From: an uncultured Verrucomicrobia subdivision 3 bacterium
GTDB taxonomy: Bacteria; Verrucomicrobiota; Verrucomicrobiia; Limisphaerales; UBA11358
Reading direction: 5' to 3'
Length of the DNA: 64,000 nucleotides
Assembly: GCA_903835255.1 (NCBI GenBank)
Contig: CAILMI010000033.1
Span: 13,431-77,430, forward strand
The translations under genes were made by a program, and so were the position numbers. The notes under the pieces are model-generated. The model saw only the letters and a program-made list of their open reading frames with translations, searched no databases and was not told where the DNA came from. Positions 38,682-46,361 of the stretch are shown here, one piece after another. Within the stretch, counting starts at the first letter, position 1; each line of letters begins with the position of its first letter.

Positions 38682-39686
38682 ATGAATCGTAATCCTCATG
38701 TGGCCGTGGTCGGCGCGACGGGCGCTGTCGGCATTGAAATGATCAAGACGCTGGAAAAGAGACATTTTCCCGTGGGCCGCCTCACGCTGCTCGCCTCAGC
38801 CCGGTCGGTCGGTCAGAAGCTGAAGTTCCAAGGCCGGGACATCCCGGTGCAGGAACTGACCAAGGATTCCTTCGCCGGCATCGACATCGCCCTCTTCAGC
38901 GCGGGCGGCAGCATCTCCAAAGAATTTGCGCCCCACGCCGTCAAGGCCGGCTGCGTGGTGGTGGACAATTCCAGCGTGTTCCGCCAGGACCCCGATGTGC
39001 CGCTGGTGGTGCCGGAGATCAACCCTGAAGACGTGAAGGGGCACAAGGGCATCCTTGCCAACCCTAATTGCACCACCGCCATCACGCTTATGGCCTTGTA
39101 CCCGCTCCATCGGGCGTTCGGTGTGCGCCGCATTTTCGCCTCCAGCTATCAGGCGGTGAGCGGCACCGGCGCCAAAGCGCTGGCGGAGCTGGAACGGCAG
39201 GTGGAGCAGATCGTCGCCAAGCAGCCGGTCACCCGGGAGGTGTACCCGCACCAGATTGCCTTCAACGTGCTGCCTCAGGTGGACTCATTCCTGCCCAGCG
39301 GCTATACCAAGGAAGAGATGAAGATGGAAAACGAAGGCCGCAAAATCATGCATCACCCGGCGTTCCGCGCCAGCGTCACCTGCGTGCGCGTGCCGGTCTA
39401 CCGGTCGCATTCCATCGCCGTCAGCGCCGAATTCGAGAGGCCCGTGACGGTGGCCGCCGCGCGTGAGGTTTTGAAACTGGCCCCCGGCTTAGACGTGGTG
39501 GACGATCCGGCGGGTCAAAAATATCCGATGCCCCTCTTCACTTCCGAACGCGACAACTGCGAAGTCGGACGCCTCCGCATGGACTGCGCCTTGGACAATG
39601 GCCTCTGCTTCTGGGTGAGCGGCGACCAGCTGCTCAAGGGCGCCGCCCTCAACGCGGTACAGATTGCGGAAGAGCTTTTGAAGTAA
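38682..39686 (+). CDS. asd: aspartate-semialdehyde dehydrogenase
   Basis: 'VAVVGATGAVGIEMIKTL' and the active-site context 'ANPNCTTAI'. Confidence 0.92.
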   Translation: MNRNPHVAVVGATGAVGIEMIKTLEKRHFPVGRLTLLASARSVGQKLKFQGRDIPVQELTKDSFAGIDIALFSAGGSISKEFAPHAVKAGCVVVDNSSVFRQDPDVPLVVPEINPEDVKGHKGILANPNCTTAITLMALYPLHRAFGVRRIFASSYQAVSGTGAKALAELERQVEQIVAKQPVTREVYPHQIAFNVLPQVDSFLPSGYTKEEMKMENEGRKIMHHPAFRASVTCVRVPVYRSHSIAVSAEFERPVTVAAAREVLKLAPGLDVVDDPAGQKYPMPLFTSERDNCEVGRLRMDCALDNGLCFWVSGDQLLKGAALNAVQIAEELLK

Positions 39687-39704
39687 ACGCCGGCGCTTGA
39701 ATCC

Positions 39705-39975
39705 GAACGCCCCAATAGGAGTAAGCGCCCGCGTGATAGGGTCAGCGCGCCGCGGACCTCGCCCGCTTTCAGCAGACGTCAGGAAGGCGGTCAGAACGAA
39801 CGCCCCACACGTTCCTTCCGCGCCGGTTTTTGACCGGTAGGGATCGCCGCGCTGCGGCGTCCCCCAGCGCCGAGCGCAGCGTCAGGCGACGGAAAGCGCG
39901 TCGCAAGGAGAGCGTCTTTTTTCCGTTCGTTCCGCCCTCCCGGGCGGGGGCATCGCAGCGCGATGCCCTCTACCT
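39705..39975. repeat. Dispersed structured repeat family R1, copy A (about 270 bp)
   Basis: Aligns over its full length with 58403-58675, with high identity by eye. It contains hairpins CCGCCC-TCCC-GGGCGG (39932-39947) and GGGCATCGC-AGC-GCGATGCCC (39948-39968). Confidence 0.85.
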
Positions 39976-40069
39976 GCTTGGATGGCGGGATCCCATTTTG
40001 TACCCGTTCCCGAATAAAAATGTTGCGCCGCGCCACACCGCGCCGCACTTCAACAGTCTTGGCCGTCCC

Positions 40070-40204
40070 AACGCCCCAGGTAGGGATCGCCGCGCTGCGG
40101 CGTCCCCGGCGCCGAGCGCAGCGTCAGGCGCCGGAAAACGCGTCGCAAGGCGGGTGTCTTATTCCCGTTCGTTCCACCCTCCCGGGCGGGGGCATCGCAG
40201 CGCT
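40070..40204. repeat. R1 repeat, copy B (truncated, right two-thirds only)
   Basis: 'GTAGGGATCGCCGCGCTGCGGCGTCCCCGGCGCCGAGCGCAGCGTCAGGCGCCGGAAAACG...GGGCATCGCAGCGC' matches the core of copies A and C. The terminal hairpin is cut after its first arm. Confidence 0.8.
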
Positions 40205-40281
40205 GAAGAATTGTCAAAATAGCGCCACAGGTAACCAGTGATTTCACAGACGGGATAGAATGTGTCCGTGGGAAAACAAAG

Positions 40282-40309
40282 CGGGCGGGTTTCGTGAGAA
40301 ACCCGCCCG
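40282..40309 (-). terminator. rho-independent terminator of the giant surface-protein gene
   Basis: GGGCGGGTTTC-GTGA-GAAACCCGCCC has a perfect 11-bp stem. On the minus strand it is followed by GCTTTGTTTTCC, 33 nt after the stop. Confidence 0.7.
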
Positions 40310-40341
40310 TGGCGAATTAAGTGACAGGTTCAGCGGCCGGC

Positions 40342-43300
40342 TTACGGCTGGCGCAGGAGATAGAACAACTGGGCGTTCGTCGCCGGCGTTGAGTTCGTGT
40401 ATTGGTAGCTGCCGGAGCCTGCCGGGCTTTCCACCGCCGTGCCCACCACCGGCCAGGTGGCTTTGGGCGCCACTATGTTATTTGTAGCTAACACTGAGAA
40501 GCTCAACCCGGTGGCGTTGGTGAATGTGAATTTCAGCTTGCCCCCGGTCAGCGTGATACCGCCCAAATTGGACTGAATGGGCGCGGGGATGTTGAATCCG
40601 GATGAATTGGTTGTGAGTCCGGCGAAAGTGAAGGTGATAGTGGCACCCGAAACGCCGCTGGCACTGGTCGCCGTCAGATTGGTGAAGGTGGTCGTACCGG
40701 AAACAGCGGCCTTGTTTGTGTTACCGCCAATGGTCCAGACTCCATTGCCAACGGTGGCCACGATGCCGGCCGTGTTGGTGGTGGTATTGCCATATTGATC
40801 TTGGATAGCCACCACGGGCTGGGTGCCAAGAGCGCCCCCGTTGCCCGCCGGGGCTGCGGGTTGCGTCGTCACCACCAGCTTCACCGCCGAACCGGCTGCG
40901 AGCGTCTGGATGACGGTGTTGGTGCTATAACCGGTCGCGCTAATAACAATGATTTTAGCGCCCGAACTTTGCAAGAGCGAGGACTGTGACGAATCAAAGG
41001 TGATTTTACCGGATTGATTGGTGCCGTAGGCAGCCGCCGGCAAGTTGGTTCCGTTCACCGTGATGCCGGTGATGGAAGCGCGCCAGACCGCATCATCCGG
41101 GGTGTTGGTGATGTTAAACACTCCGCTGACCGTTGCGACCGTTTGAGTGCTGAGAATCGGCGGGGGATTCAGCTCGGTGGCATAGGGCGTTTGCTGCGGC
41201 ACAAAGGTGAGGCCTTTGATCGAGGTGGTCGCCGAGGCGGTATAGATCACGTTGCTGGAACTAATGTTCATGGCAGCGTTGTAGCCGGCAGCGTCGGTTA
41301 AGCGAATCACACTGTTGCCGGCCGTACCGCCGCCGCCCGTTGTGTAATAGAGATAGATGCTGCCGTTGCCATTCGTGCAGGCGAAAAGGCTGTCGGCGCC
41401 GTTCCCCATGGCGAAGGTGCCGTTGGTAACCCAGTTGCCCGCCACCCATGAATATTTGTTGATGAGGCCGCTGGTGGAGCTAATTTGATCCAGGACGTAC
41501 AGGATGTTTGTGGATATCATATAGAAATCCACCGCCAACGGATCCGTCGATAGATTGTTTCCGACGGTGATGGTCGGGTCAGCGGGGTCCAGGGAATAAA
41601 CCACCGGAATCGGCGAGCCGCCGACGGTCTTTTGAGTGGCGACATATGGAACGCCCCCGAATGTCCTGACCACGATATTATTATTGGCATTCAGGTTCGG
41701 CTGGGTGGGCACGTTATTGGAGTCCCCGTAATAGAGCCCGGCCTTGTCATCCGCGATCCAGTTGACGTTGTCCACGCTGGCACAGGCGCGCCCCTGGCTG
41801 CCACCCAGCGAGGAGGAGACGTAGCTGAATGGCTGGTTAAAAAGGTTGGTGAAATTGAATGTCCCCACCGCCCGGTTGAGGACAAAGGTTTCATCCGGCG
41901 TGGCTGAGCTATCATCCTTAAAGCCGACAAAGGAGATCAGGGTTCCATCGTCGCTCAAGGTCAGCCGACCGGCGCTGCCGGTGGAGCTGAGCCGCAGCGC
42001 ATTGGTGCCTGTGGCGCTGATGGGGGTGACGGCCACGGGCGCTGTCTGCTTCTCCGCCGAAGGTTTGATTTCGATGATGCTAAAAGTAGTGTTGTTCGCC
42101 ACCGTATCGATTTGAACAACCGCCAGATTGCCGCGGGTAAATGTCGGCTGCGGCGCGCTGATGCTGAAGTTAGTCGAGTTGGTGACCGAAAGAGGGGCAT
42201 AGCCGGTCACTGTAAATGTGATGGCCGCTTTGGCGACGGCGGCGGTGGCGGTGGCGGTCAGGTTGGTAAACGTGGCCACGCCGTTGATGAAGGTCTGGTT
42301 AGTGGAGCCCCCCAATTTCCAGGCGACAGAATTACTGACGCTCGCGCTGACGGTCACGTTGGCATAGGGATTGGTGGTGCCGTTGCCATACTTATCCGTG
42401 ATGGCCAAAACCGGATTCACCGTCAAGGTGCCGCCGCTGGCCGAGGGTGCCGCCGGCTGCGTCGTAATCGCCAGTGCGGTGGCCACGCCGGCAGTGATCG
42501 GCTGTGTGACTTTGGCATTTGAATAATTTGTGGCGTAGAGGACGATGGATTTCACGCCGCTGGATTGAAGCAGTATCGAGTTGGTGGGATTAAAGACAAT
42601 CTGGCCGGCATTGGTTTTGACATAAGCGGTGTTCGTCAAAAGAGAGCCATTTACATAAATGGAACTGATGCTGGATCTCCAGCCCGCATCGTCAGTGAAC
42701 GTATTGGTGAAAGGTCTGTCCACGGTGGCATTGGGATCGTAGACAATCGTCGGCGAAACCGAGCCGCTGAAGGTGCCCCCGATGGTCACGTTATCGTAGC
42801 GCCAGTTGCCGGAAGAATTATTATAGGAGCCGCCATTGTAAGCCACGCAGTCCCCGTTTTTAGCAGCATTGACGATGCGAAAGGCGAAGTTGGCATTGCC
42901 GGCTACCCCGGGAACGCCGGTGAAGTCCACAATCAAGTTGTTGTAAAAGTTTTGACCCACGTTCTGATAAAAATAGGTGCCCACCACCGTGTCGTCGCTG
43001 TGATTCGGGCCCGACGCCGGGTTCGTGAAAATAAAGGTGGGGTTTGCCGGATAAAACAGGCTATTAGCCGTGTTGGTCGTCACCCAGTTGTTTGTGGTGT
43101 AGAGCACGCACATTTTCGCCTCACCTTGGCTGGTCGAAAACAGGTCGAACGAGATCACCACATCGCTGTAGTTCACGGTGCTGACCACAAATTCAGCGCC
43201 CTGGGTGCCGATTTCCGCCTGCGTATTCCACCCGTTGCCCGCACCCGCGCCGCGTGCCCGCCAGACATTTTGGCCGGAAGCGCCCGTCGAGCTGTAGGGG

Positions 43301-44160
43301 ATGCCGTTGGCGAGAACGTCAGGGGCGTTGGTGCTGTTTTTCTTGCCATCGGAAAAAGTATAACTGGTGTTAAAACCAATGCAGTTGGCAGTGCCGGAAC
43401 CAAATTCAGGAACCGGGTGGGCAAAATTAGTTGAGGCCGTAGAAGTTTCAAACGTCCACGCCGTGATGGTGTCGATGGAAACACCCTGAACCACAACGTT
43501 GTCAAAAGTCCAGCTGCCGGAATTGTCCGCATAGGGAGCGCCTGCCACGTTCACACAGTTGGATCCCTTAGAAGCATTCACCAAACGGACGGCAAACTTG
43601 GCATTGTTGTCCACCCCGGAAATGCCGCTCAGGTTGACGGAAATCTGATTGTTCCAGCCCGTGGTTCCATTGTTGGTCAGGACCACATAGGAGCCCATCA
43701 CCGTGCTGTTGGTGGCGCTGTTGCTCGCGATCACGCCCAAAGTCCCCACGGAGGCGATGGAGGCATTGTTCCAAATCACCCCGTCCGTGGTGTATTGAAC
43801 CTGAAGATTCGCCTCTGCATTCGTGGTGGCATAGACATCGAAGGAAACTTGGATTTTATAATATCCGAGCGTGCTGGCGGCAAACTGGACGCCCTGCGCA
43901 CCCAGCGCGGCACTTGTCGACCCGCCTCCGCTGACCTGCCAACTATTAGCCGATCCGGAAGAACTGCCTGCCAGAGACTCAATTGTGGCCCCGCTCAAGC
44001 CAACCGCAGCGCCCGTGCCGAATCCTGAGGAAGGCGAGGGGCTGCTGTTGGCGCCGGTTGCCAGAGCGTCAAAGTTCCAGGCAGTGAGGGTGGCGGCTTT
44101 TGCTCCAAAGAGCGAAGCGATGAGGAACAACGCTGCGCAGGCGAGGTGTTTTATTTTCAT
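40342..44160 (-). CDS. giant secreted repeat protein (1272 aa), putative surface or adhesin protein
   Basis: Sec signal 'MKIKHLACAALFLIASLFGAKA'. Two paralogous N-terminal modules of about 210 aa end in 'SWTFDNVVVQG' and 'NWRYDNVTIGG'. Two DUF1533/HID-like plus Ig-like units are present ('DDAGWRSSISSIYVNGSLL...' and 'DDAVWRASITGITVNGTNL...'). A central region of about 300 aa is propeller-like, and the C-terminal module ends 'QLFYLLRQP'. Confidence 0.8.
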   Translation of the reverse strand: MKIKHLACAALFLIASLFGAKAATLTAWNFDALATGANSSPSPSSGFGTGAAVGLSGATIESLAGSSSGSANSWQVSGGGSTSAALGAQGVQFAASTLGYYKIQVSFDVYATTNAEANLQVQYTTDGVIWNNASIASVGTLGVIASNSATNSTVMGSYVVLTNNGTTGWNNQISVNLSGISGVDNNAKFAVRLVNASKGSNCVNVAGAPYADNSGSWTFDNVVVQGVSIDTITAWTFETSTASTNFAHPVPEFGSGTANCIGFNTSYTFSDGKKNSTNAPDVLANGIPYSSTGASGQNVWRARGAGAGNGWNTQAEIGTQGAEFVVSTVNYSDVVISFDLFSTSQGEAKMCVLYTTNNWVTTNTANSLFYPANPTFIFTNPASGPNHSDDTVVGTYFYQNVGQNFYNNLIVDFTGVPGVAGNANFAFRIVNAAKNGDCVAYNGGSYNNSSGNWRYDNVTIGGTFSGSVSPTIVYDPNATVDRPFTNTFTDDAGWRSSISSIYVNGSLLTNTAYVKTNAGQIVFNPTNSILLQSSGVKSIVLYATNYSNAKVTQPITAGVATALAITTQPAAPSASGGTLTVNPVLAITDKYGNGTTNPYANVTVSASVSNSVAWKLGGSTNQTFINGVATFTNLTATATAAVAKAAITFTVTGYAPLSVTNSTNFSISAPQPTFTRGNLAVVQIDTVANNTTFSIIEIKPSAEKQTAPVAVTPISATGTNALRLSSTGSAGRLTLSDDGTLISFVGFKDDSSATPDETFVLNRAVGTFNFTNLFNQPFSYVSSSLGGSQGRACASVDNVNWIADDKAGLYYGDSNNVPTQPNLNANNNIVVRTFGGVPYVATQKTVGGSPIPVVYSLDPADPTITVGNNLSTDPLAVDFYMISTNILYVLDQISSTSGLINKYSWVAGNWVTNGTFAMGNGADSLFACTNGNGSIYLYYTTGGGGTAGNSVIRLTDAAGYNAAMNISSSNVIYTASATTSIKGLTFVPQQTPYATELNPPPILSTQTVATVSGVFNITNTPDDAVWRASITGITVNGTNLPAAAYGTNQSGKITFDSSQSSLLQSSGAKIIVISATGYSTNTVIQTLAAGSAVKLVVTTQPAAPAGNGGALGTQPVVAIQDQYGNTTTNTAGIVATVGNGVWTIGGNTNKAAVSGTTTFTNLTATSASGVSGATITFTFAGLTTNSSGFNIPAPIQSNLGGITLTGGKLKFTFTNATGLSFSVLATNNIVAPKATWPVVGTAVESPAGSGSYQYTNSTPATNAQLFYLLRQP

Positions 44161-44350
44161 ATGTGTTTTTGGTTTTTCTAAATGAGACAGAAGCTGATAA
44201 CTTCTCCTGAGGTTAATTATCTCTTTTTAAGTTACGAACAAATGTCCGGAACGTGACAATCAAGTGACAACCCCCCCCCTTCGGTAAAGCGTCACCATTC
44301 CGTAACCTTAAAGACATTTATTCGTAACGCTGTGTTGAGAAACTGGGGGC

Positions 44351-45244
44351 GTGGAAAGAACAACTCAAACAAGTAAAATTGGCCGGCCGGTCAGCGGCTT
44401 TACGCTCATTGAACTATTGGTGGTGATTGCCATTATCGCCATTCTTGCGGCAATGCTGCTGCCAGCCCTGTCCAAAGCCAAAGCCAAGGCGCAGCAGGCG
44501 GTTTGCCTGGGCAACACCAAGCAATGGGGGCTCGCGCAATCCATGTATGTGGACGACAACAATCAAACCTTTCCCTACCCGCGCTATCAGGTGTCGTCCA
44601 CAGCGGATCAAGACAATCCCTCCTGGCTCGCCATCAATGGCTATCATAATCTCAGCCAAGGGGAAGATGTCTGGTTCAATGCCCTGCCTTCGTATGTTGC
44701 CAGTAAACCCATGTATGCTTGGGCGTCGACGGCAGCCAATATCGCCCTGTTCCGGGACGTAAAATCCATATTCTCGTGTCCGACTTCAAGCAGCCAGGGC
44801 GTCGACCCCGTAGATCAGGTGGCCCAGCCGCCCAATCATAAAAACATGATTCCGGGCGGCCGCCCTTTGTTTGGCTATGGCATGAATTCCAAAGCATTGG
44901 CTAATGAACAAATCAACAACATCAACGCCATCCTTAAAACGAGCAAAATTACCCATCCTTCCGCCTTTGCGCTCTTTTCGGATGTCCGCAACCGTTCTCA
45001 GGAACGCCCTTATCAAGGGGCAACGGACAATCAGGACGTTCTGGCTACCCCCCACAATTACACCACGCGTTTTTCTGCGCGCCACAATCTGGGCGGGAAT
45101 ATCACCTTTAGCGACGGTCACGCGGCTTTTTTTAAGTATGACTATGTGGTCGCCGACGGCGTGAAGAACCCGGAGATCGTCCCCGGCAAAGATCCGGGCA
45201 ACCCGGACATCAACTGGGATTGCAGTGGAAAAATCGTTCCTTAA
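44351..45244 (+). CDS. prepilin-type N-terminal cleavage/methylation domain protein, H-X9-DG family (DUF1559-like)
   Basis: '[33 protein letters not shown]' and the C-terminal '[13 protein letters not shown]' (H-X9-DG). GTG start. Confidence 0.85.
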   Translation: MERTTQTSKIGRPVSGFTLIELLVVIAIIAILAAMLLPALSKAKAKAQQAVCLGNTKQWGLAQSMYVDDNNQTFPYPRYQVSSTADQDNPSWLAINGYHNLSQGEDVWFNALPSYVASKPMYAWASTAANIALFRDVKSIFSCPTSSSQGVDPVDQVAQPPNHKNMIPGGRPLFGYGMNSKALANEQINNINAILKTSKITHPSAFALFSDVRNRSQERPYQGATDNQDVLATPHNYTTRFSARHNLGGNITFSDGHAAFFKYDYVVADGVKNPEIVPGKDPGNPDINWDCSGKIVP

Positions 45245-45263
45245 CCCTTTTATAATAGATCCA

Positions 45264-45989
45264 ATGAAATCCCCTATAATATCCGTCCAGTTTTTTCGTA
45301 TCGCCGCCATCGCCACGCTCGTGGCAGCCGCGAGTCCGATTGTTTCCGCCAAGGAAACCGCTCTCCACTTTCTCGACGCGGGTCAGCCCAGGGCTGCGAC
45401 GGTGCTGGCGCCGCCGCCGCTGGCGGGATCCGCAGAGCAAGCCGCCGATCTGGAGACGGTTCGAGCCGTTTATCACGCGGCCAGTGATCTGGATAAAAAC
45501 GCTGCCTATTCAGAGAAGGATTTTTCGGTATTCAATTTCACTAGCGCCGTCGGCCCGTTTTTCACCGCCACCAACCTGCCCAAAACCGCGGCGTTTTTTG
45601 AAAAGGTTCAGCTGGACGCGGACACCGTGACGGACCTCGGCAAACAGGACTTCCATCGCTCTCGCCCCTTTACGGTGGACACCAATCTCGCCAACGGCAA
45701 GCTGGAGAAATCTTTCGGCTATCCCAGCGGCCATTCCACGGAATCCATGGCCCTCGCGCTGGTTCTCGCGGACATGATGCCCGATAAGAGCGACGCCATC
45801 CTGGCTCACGCCCGTCTCATGGGATGGCACCGCGTCCAGATTGCGCGCCATTATCCGACGGATATTTATGCCGGCCGCGTCTTGGCCCAGGCCATTGCTC
45901 GCGACTTCAAAAAAAACGACGTCTTCGAGCGGGAATTTGCCGAGGCCAAGGCTGAAATCCAGCGGGCGGCGGCTCTGTTCCGCAATTAA
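45264..45989 (+). CDS. PAP2 family (class A acid) phosphatase
   Basis: Signal peptide, with 'HRSRPF', 'YPSGHS' and 'HRVQIARHYPTD' motifs. Confidence 0.8.
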   Translation: MKSPIISVQFFRIAAIATLVAAASPIVSAKETALHFLDAGQPRAATVLAPPPLAGSAEQAADLETVRAVYHAASDLDKNAAYSEKDFSVFNFTSAVGPFFTATNLPKTAAFFEKVQLDADTVTDLGKQDFHRSRPFTVDTNLANGKLEKSFGYPSGHSTESMALALVLADMMPDKSDAILAHARLMGWHRVQIARHYPTDIYAGRVLAQAIARDFKKNDVFEREFAEAKAEIQRAAALFRN

Positions 45990-46077
45990 ATCTCCGGGCC
46001 GCCCCGGCCAGATGACAAAAGTGTCATGCTGTTTCTATTGCCTTGCCCCTCGGGTTGGGCATTTAATGATTTTGTTA

Positions 46078-46361
46078 TGAAACCTTTTTCACTCCTGGCA
46101 GTGGTTGTCACTTTCGTCGCCGCTCAGTCCGTCCTGTCCGCAGGCGTGAATTATCATCTCCTCCAAACCATCCCCGTGGGCGGTGACGGGGAATGGGATT
46201 ATCTCTCGGTGGATTCGGCGGCGCAGCGGCTTTATGTCTCGCATGGATCGAAAGTGGTGGTGATCGATCTGGCAAAAAGCACGAGGGACATCCGCATCAC
46301 CTCGGCAGAAAATACCACCCGTGTCCGCGTGCGGCTGCCCTGCGCAGGAGGCATTCTATAA
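46078..46361 (+). pseudogene. N-terminal remnant of a YncE/YVTN-type beta-propeller protein
   Basis: The signal peptide plus 'YHLLQTIPVGGDGEWDYLSVDSAAQRLYVSHGSKVVVIDLAK' matches only the first blade. The ORF then degenerates and stops, leaving about 94 aa where I would expect about 330 from memory of the family. Confidence 0.55.

Noticed and set aside
37797-38765. 322-aa minus-strand ORF
   Set aside because: It is an antisense shadow of pyrB in high-GC DNA, with no recognisable motifs and an Arg/Ala/Gly-rich composition.
39705-40204. R1 repeat copies considered as a CRISPR array
   Set aside because: The units are about 270 bp, differ in length, lack regular short spacers, and have no cas genes nearby. 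The third copy is 18 kb away.
42565-43434. 289-aa plus-strand ORF inside the giant gene
   Set aside because: It is antisense to the 1272-aa secreted protein, whose signal peptide, repeats and terminator support the minus-strand reading.
46193-46357. Upstream part of the 520-aa czcC-like ORF starting at ATG 46193
   Set aside because: This stretch is simply the alternative frame of the beta-propeller remnant ('MGLSLGGFGGAAALCLAW...') and lies upstream of the lipoprotein signal peptide, so it is unlikely to be translated as part of the efflux protein.
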